Of a DNA stretch of 64,000 nucleotides, positions 1 to 9,521 are shown piece by piece; the stretch's first letter is position 1, and each line of letters starts with the position of its first letter. Under the pieces are notes generated by a model. That model was given only the letters and a program-made list of their open reading frames with translations, had not been told where the DNA came from and made no database searches. A program made the translations under genes and the position numbers. Source of the stretch: Fibrobacteria bacterium (GTDB taxonomy: Bacteria; Fibrobacterota; Fibrobacteria; UBA11236; JADFYW01); assembly GCA_050294405.1 (NCBI GenBank), contig JBNKOC010000016.1, positions 256,001-320,000 of the forward strand, in the 5' to 3' direction.

Positions 1-1168
1 CACATTCGATATTAAACAGGGAATCCGGCAATTCAAAGTCTCCGGCAGTGGAAGCGGGCCCACTCACATCAATTATAAAGGAGGTTTCCTTAGTATCCTG
101 AACTCCATTTTGTTCCTGGCGGCTGGTTACTTTAATGCTGTTTAGCCCAGGATTAAGGCTTACAATATCATCAAGGTTTGCCCGAAAACTTCTGCCACCA
201 TTTGAAATATGATTGGCTGCACCATCTGCAATGGCAGTTTGGCCATTTGTAATATTTTGCACCTGGGTCCAGGTTGGCTGAGCGGTGATAAAAATATTAT
301 TAATAATTGCCAGTACAACCTCATCCAATTGAGCGGTCGCATTGGCTTCTACCGGAAAGTATCCGCCACCAGTTTCTTCACCTAAGTCAATAAGTGTTCT
401 GGCATTATCCCCTTCCATGGTGCCATCAATTCGGATACTGTACACAGGGGGGTGACCACCTTGGTTGACCCAGCTGTTAAATTGAGAATTATCATTGGGA
501 TTTCCATCGGTGATAAATATGATGGCCTTATTCTGGTTCGGGCCAGCTTGAACCAAAGTTTCCGCAGCAGACAGAGCAGGGGTGTATTGGGTGCCAAATT
601 TTTCATCGTCAGGCGTGGCCATGCGGCATTCCAAATCTATGGTGCCACGTAAACCCTCATAGGTTTGCCAATTGTTTGGGTCGTAAGTAACACTCGGATC
701 AATGGCAGCTCCATTTCCATCGGCAATATCAGAAGCAATCCAGCCCAGTACAGTGGTAAAATTTTCAGCAGTGGTTAAAGCTAGGGGAGCGCGTTCTGTG
801 CAATTTCCTCCGGCAAAGGGAACCAAGCCCACAGCGGAAGCGTTGTTTATCTCTGCGATTTTTTGAACAGCATAACTAGCCGCTATGGGAGAGTAATAAG
901 TGCTGTCGTTGTATGCCATAGAGCCACTTTGGTCTACCACAATAACAATATCCACCGGGTCTCTTACCTGAAAGGCATCGCCGCAAATATTCAATTGGTC
1001 TCTGGCAATTCTGGTTGTGTTGCTGGGAACAGTTATAGTCTGACCGTTTACCGCAGCTAAATCAATGCAGCGCTCTCCCACTAAATCGCACCTTAGTTCA
1101 TTTTGAGCGTATAGCCCGCTAAACATAAAGCACAAAAAAAACCACGTAATGGTGATTTTTCTCCCCAT
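1..1168 (-). CDS. Secreted von Willebrand factor A (vWA) domain protein; runs off the left edge of the window
   Basis: Manual translation, not in the ORF track. ATG at 1168 follows a GAGGAGG RBS. Signal-peptide-like MGRKITITWFFLCFMFSGLYA, MIDAS motif DIVIVVDQSGSM, KAIIFITDGNP, LGEETGGGYF. Frame stays open to position 2. Confidence 0.85.
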   Translation of the reverse strand, partial: MGRKITITWFFLCFMFSGLYAQNELRCDLVGERCIDLAAVNGQTITVPSNTTRIARDQLNICGDAFQVRDPVDIVIVVDQSGSMAYNDSTYYSPIAASYAVQKIAEINNASAVGLVPFAGGNCTERAPLALTTAENFTTVLGWIASDIADGNGAAIDPSVTYDPNNWQTYEGLRGTIDLECRMATPDDEKFGTQYTPALSAAETLVQAGPNQNKAIIFITDGNPNDNSQFNSWVNQGGHPPVYSIRIDGTMEGDNARTLIDLGEETGGGYFPVEANATAQLDEVVLAIINNIFITAQPTWTQVQNITNGQTAIADGAANHISNGGRSFRANLDDIVSLNPGLNSIKVTSRQEQNGVQDTKETSFIIDVSGPASTAGDFELPDSLFNIEC

Positions 1169-1513
1169 ATTTTCCTCCTCGAAAATCCTACCTGTAGATT
1201 GAAGATTTAATTAATCGAAGGTTGAATCAGGCGTTTGTAGAATTTACCTGATAGATCCAAAAATTTTCAAACCCCAAATTAAAAAAACCCCCCGGTTAGT
1301 TTTTTTATAAGAATAAGTTCAAAAAAAAATATTCGCAGTGGATTTTTCATAAAATCGCCGAATATTTGGAGAAAAATTGGGTCCAATGTTTCGAAAATTG
1401 CAGAAACCCGTCATTTTAGCGACCCCTGAAACTTTAATGGCATATAAGCAAACGCCAAAAACTAAATTTCTTAAAATTTACATGGAAATTTTTTGCAGTG
1501 GGGGGAGTTTTGT

Positions 1514-1589
1514 TGGCGTTCCCACGGGGGTTTGAACCCCGGTTGCAGGACTGAAAATCCCGAGTCCTAGGCCACTAGACGATGGGAAC
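1514..1589 (-). tRNA. tRNA-Glu (anticodon TTC)
   Basis: Reverse complement folds as a 76-nt cloverleaf: acceptor GTTCCCA/TGGGAAC, anticodon arm CGGGA-TTTTCAG-TCCTG, T-arm CGGGG-TTCAAAC-CCCCG, encoded CCA. Confidence 0.97.
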
Positions 1590-1671
1590 GTGACCAACGG
1601 GCAAGAAATTAATAAAAAAAAAATGGAAATAAAGGTATTGGCAAAAAAAATATGCAAAAAGTTGGAGGGCT

Positions 1672-2502
1672 CTAACTTGCCGTATCTAAAAATTTTGTGA
1701 GAATTAATTCGTTTCCGGAATCGGAATATTCCATCCGGTCGATATATTTTTTACTCAGGTGGATTCCAAAGCCTCCCGGGCGAATTCCGTTTTTGTTTCT
1801 TTCTTCCAATACCTGACTGGGGTGGGTGATGGGGTCGGGAATTTGTTTGTAATCAAAGCCGGTACCTTCGTCTTTTATTTTAACCACTACCTTATCCTTA
1901 AACATCACATAAGATACATCCACCTTTTTCTCAAAGCTAAATCTGTTGCCATGTTCCATGGCATTTAAAATCATTTCATTTACCGCAAAACAATATTCCC
2001 GAACTTCATTAGAGTCCAGGCTGCTGTGGCTGAGGAGGTTTTCCATAAAACGGTTGGTGCTTTTTAAAATATCAGTGTTGGATTTTAAATTAAAATGTAT
2101 CCAGTCCCCCAGGATTCTAGATTTTTCCATAAACCTTTTTTCCTGTTTCACCTCATTGATACAGTCTGTAACATCGCTGAGGCTAAAGGGCTTTTTAATC
2201 CAGGCGTTGGCGCCATACTCAAAAACTTTTACCAGGTCGGGGTTTTCTGTAGAGGCGGTAATAATAATAATGGGAATGTGGTGGAATTTTCTATTTCTCT
2301 TTAAGTGGCGGCACATTTCCAATCCCGACATACGGGGCATATAAATATCCGTTAATATGAGGTCCGGAACATTTTTTTCAACAAGCTCAAGGCCCTCTCT
2401 TCCGTTGTATGCTTTTAAAATTTCGTAGCCTAATTTGGAGCTGAGCTTAGCCAAAAGTTCCAGGATTTTGGGATTGTCCTCTACAATTAGAACTTTTGCC
2501 AT
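1672..2502 (-). CDS. Response-regulator receiver fused to an RsbW/SpoIIAB-type anti-sigma kinase (HATPase_c) domain
   Basis: REC motifs VLIVED, DLILTDIYMP, IKKPF. C-terminal N box EMILNAMEHGN, IKDEGTGF, GGFGI. Confidence 0.85.
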   Translation of the reverse strand: MAKVLIVEDNPKILELLAKLSSKLGYEILKAYNGREGLELVEKNVPDLILTDIYMPRMSGLEMCRHLKRNRKFHHIPIIIITASTENPDLVKVFEYGANAWIKKPFSLSDVTDCINEVKQEKRFMEKSRILGDWIHFNLKSNTDILKSTNRFMENLLSHSSLDSNEVREYCFAVNEMILNAMEHGNRFSFEKKVDVSYVMFKDKVVVKIKDEGTGFDYKQIPDPITHPSQVLEERNKNGIRPGGFGIHLSKKYIDRMEYSDSGNELILTKFLDTAS

Positions 2503-2634
2503 GCTACTTTTTTGAAAAAGTTTACCTGAAACTGATTTTATGGTACCTTTTCCTACTTAATCATGCAACGAATACCCGCTACATTTTTACCATCCATTGT
2601 TAAATTGTTTATATTGCTATACAATTAGGACTAT

Positions 2635-3363
2635 ATGAAATACGGTATTTATTCTGATATTCATGCTAATCTGGAAGCTCTAAAAGCAGTGATGAATTCC
2701 ATGGATGGCCGTGGGGTGGAGCGAAAAGTGTGTTTAGGCGATGCGGTGGGGTACGGACCATTTCCCAATGAATGTATTAAGGTAATTGAGCAGGAAAGTG
2801 CTGTTGCCATTTTGGGTAACCACGACTCTGTGGCTCTTGGTCGTGAGAGCTCGGACCAATTCAATTATTTTGCCAAGAACGCTATTGAATGGACTCGGGA
2901 GGTTTTATCTCCGGAATCCACAGACACCATGCAAAAATGGCCTTATCTGGTGGAAGAGCCGCCAGTCACTTTTGTACATGCCTCTCCCAGGTCACCAGCG
3001 GATTGGACTTATATTGCCACTCTGGACGAGGCAGTGGATGCTTTTAGTTATTTCCAACAGCGCATTTGTTTTATTGGCCACACCCACCTACCTGTGATTG
3101 TAATCATGGAAGGGGAGCAGGCTTTTTACGTTTCGGAAAAGCTCCATCACAAACTGGAAGAAAACCAAAGGATTCTGGTAAACGTGGGAAGTGTGGGCCA
3201 GCCCCGTGATGGACATACCGCTGCCTCCTGGTGTTATTGCGATACGGAAACTCTGGAGGTGGAAATAGTAAGGGTTCCCTACGATTTACAGAAAACACAA
3301 AAATCCATGACAGAACGGGGCTTTGACGATTTTCTGATTACCCGGCTAGCTATGGGCAAATAG
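2635..3363 (+). CDS. Metallophosphoesterase (calcineurin-like)
   Basis: SDIHAN, LGDAVGYG, GNHD, GHTH, NVGSVGQPRD motifs. Confidence 0.9.
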   Translation: MKYGIYSDIHANLEALKAVMNSMDGRGVERKVCLGDAVGYGPFPNECIKVIEQESAVAILGNHDSVALGRESSDQFNYFAKNAIEWTREVLSPESTDTMQKWPYLVEEPPVTFVHASPRSPADWTYIATLDEAVDAFSYFQQRICFIGHTHLPVIVIMEGEQAFYVSEKLHHKLEENQRILVNVGSVGQPRDGHTAASWCYCDTETLEVEIVRVPYDLQKTQKSMTERGFDDFLITRLAMGK

Positions 3364-3367
3364 CTCC

Positions 3368-3829
3368 ATGAAAATTTTGGTTCTTTGTGTGGGGAAAATG
3401 AAAAACCCTGCCTTAAAAGATTTGGCTGAGGATTACGCTTCCCGGCTTTCTAAAATGGCCAGTTTGGAAATTCTGGAAATCAAAGATGGGAAGGCTGTGG
3501 ATGGGCAAGCTCGCCTTGAAGAAGAAGCCTTGGAAATTGAAAAGAAAATGGGTTTCCTGAATTCTTGTATTTTGCTCGATGAAAGAGGTAAGTCTATGAA
3601 ATCATTGGATTTATCCGATAAAATCAAGGAATTCCAAAACCGATCCCAGCGCCAGATAAGCTTTATAATAGGAAGCAGCCACGGACTATCTAAAGCCTTA
3701 AAGAAAAAAGTGGCCTTTCACATGAAATTGTCGGATTTTACGCTGACCCATGAAATGGCTCGGATGCTGCTATTGGAACAAATTTACCGGGCACATTGTA
3801 TTTTAAAAAATATCCCTTACCACCATTGA
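3368..3829 (+). CDS. rlmH: 23S rRNA (pseudouridine1915-N3)-methyltransferase
   Basis: MKI..LCVGK start, LDERGK, FIIGSSHGL, LLEQIYRA, C-terminal PYHH. Confidence 0.93.
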   Translation: MKILVLCVGKMKNPALKDLAEDYASRLSKMASLEILEIKDGKAVDGQARLEEEALEIEKKMGFLNSCILLDERGKSMKSLDLSDKIKEFQNRSQRQISFIIGSSHGLSKALKKKVAFHMKLSDFTLTHEMARMLLLEQIYRAHCILKNIPYHH

Positions 3830-3886
3830 GTTGGACAGGTCAATTGCTGGGTTGCCCTTTCAGATAAAAAAATTCCAATCTTTTCT

Positions 3887-3913
3887 TCAGGAATTTTCTG
3901 TAAAAACCGAAGT
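3887..3913 (+). promoter_or_regulatory. Possible sigma28 (FliA)-type promoter
   Basis: TCAG-N15-ACCGAAGT compared with consensus TAAA-N15-GCCGATAA; lies just upstream of the FlgM-like ORF. Confidence 0.45.
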
Positions 3914-3931
3914 ATAGAAAAAAGGATGACC

Positions 3932-4105
3932 ATGGAAGGCAATCAACAAAGAGGACAATTTCTCCACAAAGAGGGCGAGGATCGCCGCAGGGCGGTGGAG
4001 GAGATAAAGCTCAAAATTGAGTCTGGCTTGTTCTCTTCGGATAAAGTGATCAAAGACATCGTAGAAAAAATTGGGCCTCACTTCGCTTCTATGGGTGTTG
4101 AATAA
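3932..4105 (+). CDS. Small 57-aa FlgM C-terminal-like (anti-sigma28) protein, below the ORF-track cut-off
   Basis: AAGGA RBS, then MEGNQQRGQFLHKEGEDRRRAVEEIKLKIESGLFSSDKVIKDIVEKIGPHFASMGVE*. The VEEIKxKIESG..IVEKI pattern resembles the FlgM sigma-binding helices. Confidence 0.6.
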   Translation: MEGNQQRGQFLHKEGEDRRRAVEEIKLKIESGLFSSDKVIKDIVEKIGPHFASMGVE

Positions 4106-4201
4106 AAGGCCGCAAACAGAAAGCGCAAAACTTTCCATTTAAAAATTTTCTTATTTCCATTAAATTGATTTTCTTTAGCTGGATAACAACTGGCCTAACC
4201 T

Positions 4202-5788
4202 ATGAACAGGTACAAAATCAATGAATTCGCCCATGGAAAAAAGCTTGATGCCGATTCTGTAAAGTCTTTGTTTTGCAGGCGTTATGAAATTCCATTAAAA
4301 TCATTAATGGAGTTTAAAATAAGCCGCCTTTCCCTGGATAGCCGCAAGGCCAACCGCCCTGTTTATAAGTACAATTTGGAATTTTCTTCGGAATTGGAGT
4401 TATCGGGAAAGGGTGTTAAAAAATTAGATCCCGAAGGCTTTGCCTCAAAGCCCAAACTCCATTGGGGAAATAATCCTGTGGCGGTAATTGGAGCGGGTCC
4501 CGCGGGAATGTTCGCAGCTTATGCTCTGGCAAAAAAAGGCTTTAAAGTTCATGTGTACGAGCGGGGAAGTGAAGTTAAAAAGCGGGCCGGGGATGTGCGT
4601 AAATTTGTAAAACAGGATATTTTTAACGCCGAGTCCAATATTCTTTTTGGGGAAGGGGGGGCCGGCACCTTTTCCGATGGAAAGTTAACCTGCCGGAATA
4701 ACAATCCCTATACCCAACAGGTTCTGGACATTTGGGTGGAATGTGGTGCAGTTCCGGAAATCGCTTATTTGAGTCGTCCCCATATTGGAACGGACAGGCT
4801 TCAGTTTTTAGTCAGCGAGCTAAGGGAAAAAAGCCAAGCCCTTGGGGTGGAATACTTTTTTGATGCAAAAGTTGATGGTATTGTTGTAACAGATAGAAAA
4901 ATAAAAGGTTTAAATGTTTTTGGTGAGTTTAAATCTTATGACAATGTGATTTGGTCTGCGGGACATTCCGCCCGGGATTTATACAAAAATTTATGGGAAA
5001 GTGGCGTGGCTCTGGAACCCAAATCCTTTTCTGTGGGAGTTAGGGTAGAGCATCCCCAAAGCCTGATTAACGCCCAGCAATTGGGAGAAAGGGTGGATGC
5101 CAAAGCCATTGGGGCAGCGGAATATTATCTGACTTTTAAATCCGAGCAGCACCGGGCCTATTCTTTTTGTATGTGCCCGGGAGGTGTGGTAGTGCCCTGC
5201 GCCGATTCGCCAGAGGGTATTTGCGTTAATGGTATGAGCTATTCCAGTCGGGCTACCCGCTTTGCCAATTCAGCCATTGTGGTTCCTGTGGACCCTTCGG
5301 ATTTTGAAGCAGGACTGCCACCAAACGCCCCCCGGGAGAAAAAAGAGCTGTGGGGCATGTACTACCAGGAAAATATGGAACATAAAGCCTTTCAAATGGC
5401 CGGAGGCGATTTTAGCTACCCCGCACAAACTGTGGCGGCTTATTTGGCAGGGAAAAAAGATGAAGAGCTTCCCCCCAGCTCTTTTCAGCGCAAGCTGGTT
5501 CCCTGCGATTTATATGGCCTGTTTACTAAAAAGGTAAATGCGGCTCTCAAAGCCGGGCTTAAAAATTTTGATAAAAAAATACCCGGGTTTATTGAACAGG
5601 GACTTATGATTGGCCCGGAATCCCGCACCAGTTCACCCCTTCGCATAAGCCGCAATCCCGAAACTCTGGAGTCCACAAACACCAAAGGCCTTTTTCCTCT
5701 GGCGGAAGGAGCCGGCTATTCGGGGGGGATTGTGTCCTCGGCGGCTGATGGTTTAAAATTGGCGGATTTGGTGGCACATGCTGTTTGA
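4202..5788 (+). CDS. FAD-dependent oxidoreductase (HI0933-related uncharacterised family)
   Basis: VIGAGPAG, FGEGGAGTFSDGKL, FCMCPGG, ESRTSSP, EGAGYSGGIVS. Confidence 0.85.
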   Translation: MNRYKINEFAHGKKLDADSVKSLFCRRYEIPLKSLMEFKISRLSLDSRKANRPVYKYNLEFSSELELSGKGVKKLDPEGFASKPKLHWGNNPVAVIGAGPAGMFAAYALAKKGFKVHVYERGSEVKKRAGDVRKFVKQDIFNAESNILFGEGGAGTFSDGKLTCRNNNPYTQQVLDIWVECGAVPEIAYLSRPHIGTDRLQFLVSELREKSQALGVEYFFDAKVDGIVVTDRKIKGLNVFGEFKSYDNVIWSAGHSARDLYKNLWESGVALEPKSFSVGVRVEHPQSLINAQQLGERVDAKAIGAAEYYLTFKSEQHRAYSFCMCPGGVVVPCADSPEGICVNGMSYSSRATRFANSAIVVPVDPSDFEAGLPPNAPREKKELWGMYYQENMEHKAFQMAGGDFSYPAQTVAAYLAGKKDEELPPSSFQRKLVPCDLYGLFTKKVNAALKAGLKNFDKKIPGFIEQGLMIGPESRTSSPLRISRNPETLESTNTKGLFPLAEGAGYSGGIVSSAADGLKLADLVAHAV

Positions 5789-6794
5789 GGCTAAAATCCA
5801 CCCTGATGATGGGGGTCAGCGCCTGGATAGGTACGTTAAAAAGATTCTTCCAAGTTTAAGTGTTTCAAGGATTTATAACCTTATTCGAACTAAAGAAGTG
5901 AAGCTGGATGGCAAGCCTGCAAAAAAGGCAGACTATATTCAAGCTGGGCAAGAGCTCAGGGTGTATGGATTAAAAGAAGGAGAATTAAATAGCACTTCTC
6001 CCCAAAAAAATGTGTCCGTGTCCGGCGGTCAGATGTCCAAAATAAGCCCCTCCTCCATTAGCCAGGCCTTTTTATCTGACTTTGGGATTGCCTATGAAGA
6101 CGAAAATCTTTTGGTAGTAGAAAAACCTCCTGGCATTTCGGTGCAGCCCGGTTCTGGGGTTCCCCTCGGAGCTTCTCTGGTGGAACGGGCCCGGGTTTTT
6201 TTAAACCGTGGAAAAAAAACATCCGATTCCATTTTTAAACCCTCTTTAATCCATCGCATTGACAGAGACACTTCGGGCCTGGTGATGATAGCCAAAACAG
6301 GAAAAGCCCTGCGTTGGTGGACAGAACAGTGGAGGGCCCGAAAGGTGGAAAAATTTTATTTGGCCATCTGTTTGGGAACTCCTCCGGAAAAAGGAGTCAT
6401 TTCCCATGAACTGGAAAAAAAAGAGGCCGCCCACAAGGGCGGCAAAAGTCAGCTCGGCTCCAAGTCTTCAGGAACAAAATCAAAGTCGGCCCTAACCCAT
6501 TTTAAGCGTTTAAGTGTTTTCGGAAAATTAAGCTTGGTTCAGGTACAAATCCACACGGGAAGGATGCATCAAATTAGGGCTCATTTCGCAGCGGAGGGAT
6601 TTCCCTTGGCTGGAGATATTAAATACGGCAACTTTGGGGAAAACCGAAAGTTGTGGAAGTTGGGAGCTAAAAAAAGACTTTACCTCCACTCTCAAAGTTT
6701 AAAGGGAAAAGATTCTGAGGGAGTGGAACTCCTTTTGGAAAGTCCCATACCAGAGGCTTTTAAAAAATGTCTCGAATTTGGTCTCGGGCTTTAG
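5778..6794 (+). CDS. RluA/RluC-family pseudouridine synthase with N-terminal S4 domain
   Basis: GQRLDRY, catalytic HRIDRDTSG, TGRMHQIRAH, GDIKYG, LYLHS. Confidence 0.93.
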   Translation: MLFEAKIHPDDGGQRLDRYVKKILPSLSVSRIYNLIRTKEVKLDGKPAKKADYIQAGQELRVYGLKEGELNSTSPQKNVSVSGGQMSKISPSSISQAFLSDFGIAYEDENLLVVEKPPGISVQPGSGVPLGASLVERARVFLNRGKKTSDSIFKPSLIHRIDRDTSGLVMIAKTGKALRWWTEQWRARKVEKFYLAICLGTPPEKGVISHELEKKEAAHKGGKSQLGSKSSGTKSKSALTHFKRLSVFGKLSLVQVQIHTGRMHQIRAHFAAEGFPLAGDIKYGNFGENRKLWKLGAKKRLYLHSQSLKGKDSEGVELLLESPIPEAFKKCLEFGLGL

Positions 6795-6957
6795 CCGATA
6801 AAAAATTGGGTCCTGATTTGTTGCTAAATGGGAATTTTTAAAACACTCAGTTGCCCTAAAACCCAAAAAAATCAAGAGCCTCAAGGCTGCGAAAAAGTGA
6901 AATTGGGTCGTTCCCAAGCTGGGGGAGTTTATCTATTTTCTGGTCGGCGAGGAAAGA

Positions 6958-7827
6958 GTGAATTCCAAATTTAAGTATTTATACAAGCAGTTAATGGGGC
7001 AAGGCGTGGGTGAGCGATTAAAGCAAAATCCCCCTGCAAGCGAAATGGAATTTATGGCCCGCACCGCCGAAGACAATCATATTGTGGTTTTGAAAGCACT
7101 TATGGATGAGCTGATTTCCCATAAAGAGGCTCCCAGCGCGCCTTCTTGCCTTTCCATTTACCAACAGCACCACATTGATTTTCAGAATTTGTTGGTGGAT
7201 TTTCACAAGCGTCTGGCCGATTACATCAAAATCTGGACGGACCGGCTTCAAACCAAAACCATGCTTCCCACTTTAAAACAATACAACTGGATTGAAAACA
7301 GGGAAGGGCGTTGGTGTCTAGCAGGCACTGGAAGCCAGGATGATGCCAAAAACTTTTATCAGTTTATCGCCAAAGATATCGTGGCAGAAGGCGTGAGAAT
7401 TGTGGCTCTTTTTGATGGGGCCCTTAGCCGTTTGCAGGAGCGCATTGCCCGGGAATGGCATTTGCAGACCTCTGTGGACAACCATAGTAAATTGCTGCCT
7501 CTGGTAGAGGAAGCTTTGCGGGGCAAGGAAATGAATGAGTTTAAGGAAATCCGCCGCAAATTGCCCGAGCTTTTCCACAAGGCATTTGTTCGGGAAGTTA
7601 AGTTAGACTTTCAAAACTCTTACGCCAGCGATGTGGAATGTTATCGTCGTGCGGCGCATGTATGGTACAAACCCTATCATTACGACAACGGTATAGAAGG
7701 CTTTATGCATTTTAATGCCGATTTTATTTGGGAATTTATTCAACTAAAAGTAAACCTTTTTGAAAACAAATGGAGAGTGCTCTTGCGGGGAATTGAAAGC
7801 TCGCAAAAGGCTCAGCCACAAACTTAA
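6958..7827 (+). CDS. Hypothetical helical protein
   Basis: 289-aa ORF, GTG start after GAGGAAAGA; no recognisable motif. Confidence 0.7.
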   Translation: MNSKFKYLYKQLMGQGVGERLKQNPPASEMEFMARTAEDNHIVVLKALMDELISHKEAPSAPSCLSIYQQHHIDFQNLLVDFHKRLADYIKIWTDRLQTKTMLPTLKQYNWIENREGRWCLAGTGSQDDAKNFYQFIAKDIVAEGVRIVALFDGALSRLQERIAREWHLQTSVDNHSKLLPLVEEALRGKEMNEFKEIRRKLPELFHKAFVREVKLDFQNSYASDVECYRRAAHVWYKPYHYDNGIEGFMHFNADFIWEFIQLKVNLFENKWRVLLRGIESSQKAQPQT

Positions 7828-7838
7828 GGAACCGATTC

Positions 7839-9518
7839 ATGTCAGCACAAGCTAAAGGAAACACAGGAAAAGCAGTTAGTATTTGGGCCACCATTTTTAT
7901 AATAGTGGCTGTTGTGGGAATGTTGGGGAGTCTGCCTGTGGAGCATCCTACACCTATGTTGTATTTGGCGGTTATCGGATTGGGCGGCGCATTTGTATCT
8001 TTAATTTGGAACATCAGCGGCCATAAAGATGAAACCAGCCCACTGGTTACTCAGGGTGAAAAATCAAACGAAGCCTTAAAGCATATTCTGGCAGAGTTAA
8101 AAAGCGAAAAACCAAGCTCCACTTTAAATCATATTCTAGCGGAACTTAAATCCCAGAAAACAGAACAGGAAAAATTGCAGGCAGCGTTAAAAGAATTGAC
8201 TAATGCCCAAAAAGAAAACCTGGGGTTACTGGCAAACAAGCAGAGCGAAGAGCTTGAAAAACTGGGAAATAAAATTGGAGAAAATTTTGCTGGCTTGGAT
8301 AAACTGGGGGAAAAAATCAGCGAAGGTTTCCGTGGTCTGGAACAGGGCCAAGCTGAATCATTGGAAAAAATGATTGGCAAATTGGAACAAGGCCAAAGGG
8401 AGTCCTTGGAACAAGTGGTTGGACAAATGACTCAGGGCCAGCAAGTTTCATTAGATAACATTGCCGGTAAATTTGAGGAAAATCAGGCTGGATTAAAAGA
8501 GGCTCTGGTTTCTTTGGCGAACCAAAATAAAGAATCCCTAAACGAACTGGGAAATTCTTTTAGGGAAAACTCTCAGGCGCAACTGCAAAAGCTTTCTGAA
8601 TTTTCAAATAACGATTCCGGCCAACTTGCCGAAGAAATTCGCAACCTGGCCAATGGCATTCACGAACAATTACAAATGGCAAGTGGAGCCAGCCAGAGCC
8701 GAATTCAGGAAATGGCTGAGAGCATGAAGCTATCCATTCAGGAACTAGGTCAAAAACTAATGGAAAATGGAAGTGAGTCCACTCAAGAAGCTTTGAGCGA
8801 GGCTATGTCTTCTTTTAGTGAAAATATTTCTCAATCCCTTAACGAACTTAAAGGCACAATCAATCAATTGGCGGAAGGGTTGCAAAATCAGCAGGGCTCC
8901 ATGTTAGAGAACCTTGCCGCACAATCCGAGCAAATTGTGGATGAATTAAAAAATCAGGGAGAATTGGACCGGGAAGAAATAAAGAGCCTGGCCTTATCTT
9001 CAGATAGCGCCTCTGGCGATAGTAGCATGTTGTCCAACTCTATCGATAATTTGGGTAGCCGTTTGGAAGAAATGTTATCCCAAGGCAGGGAAGAAATGGC
9101 GGCTCTTATGGAAGGGCAAAAAGAATTGCAGGAATTGCTGAAAAACCAGGTGGAGCCTATGGCCGAATCCCAGGGTCAAAATTTTGCCGCGGCAGTGGAA
9201 AAATTAGCGGGAGTTTCCGAAGGTTTGGCCAATGCCGGAAAACTATTGGAAGAGGCCAGCACCATCCAGCATTTAAATCAAAGTTCCCTGCAAGCGGGAA
9301 TTGAAATGTTAAACACATCTCTTTTGGATATTATGGAAAAGCTGGATTCGGGCCATAAGCAATCGGAAGAACAAAACGAATTTATTGAAAAACTTTATAA
9401 AACTTTAGAGGCCTTCCACGAAAAGGCAACTGAAATTTTAATTGAAAACAGTTTAAAAACCAGGGAAGTTCTGTTACATGGGCTTCCAGATACATCTAAC
9501 CCCACTTTAGATTTATAA
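7839..9518 (+). CDS. Membrane-anchored long coiled-coil protein
   Basis: Two N-terminal hydrophobic helices followed by about 490 aa of E/Q/L/K-rich helical repeats; AAGGA RBS. Confidence 0.8.
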   Translation: MSAQAKGNTGKAVSIWATIFIIVAVVGMLGSLPVEHPTPMLYLAVIGLGGAFVSLIWNISGHKDETSPLVTQGEKSNEALKHILAELKSEKPSSTLNHILAELKSQKTEQEKLQAALKELTNAQKENLGLLANKQSEELEKLGNKIGENFAGLDKLGEKISEGFRGLEQGQAESLEKMIGKLEQGQRESLEQVVGQMTQGQQVSLDNIAGKFEENQAGLKEALVSLANQNKESLNELGNSFRENSQAQLQKLSEFSNNDSGQLAEEIRNLANGIHEQLQMASGASQSRIQEMAESMKLSIQELGQKLMENGSESTQEALSEAMSSFSENISQSLNELKGTINQLAEGLQNQQGSMLENLAAQSEQIVDELKNQGELDREEIKSLALSSDSASGDSSMLSNSIDNLGSRLEEMLSQGREEMAALMEGQKELQELLKNQVEPMAESQGQNFAAAVEKLAGVSEGLANAGKLLEEASTIQHLNQSSLQAGIEMLNTSLLDIMEKLDSGHKQSEEQNEFIEKLYKTLEAFHEKATEILIENSLKTREVLLHGLPDTSNPTLDL

Positions 9519-9521
9519 GCT

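Noticed and set aside
1514..1589. tRNA-Glu as an integration site for an island
   Set aside because: No integrase nearby and no duplicate of the tRNA 3' end noticed in the window.
3887..4138. 83-aa minus-strand ORF from the track
   Set aside because: Likely a shadow of the plus-strand FlgM-like ORF, which has an RBS, a promoter-like motif and a family-like pattern.
7839..9518. Zorya ZorA or chemoreceptor call
   Set aside because: No adjacent MotB/OmpA-like ZorB, only two TM helices, and no MCP hairpin signature.
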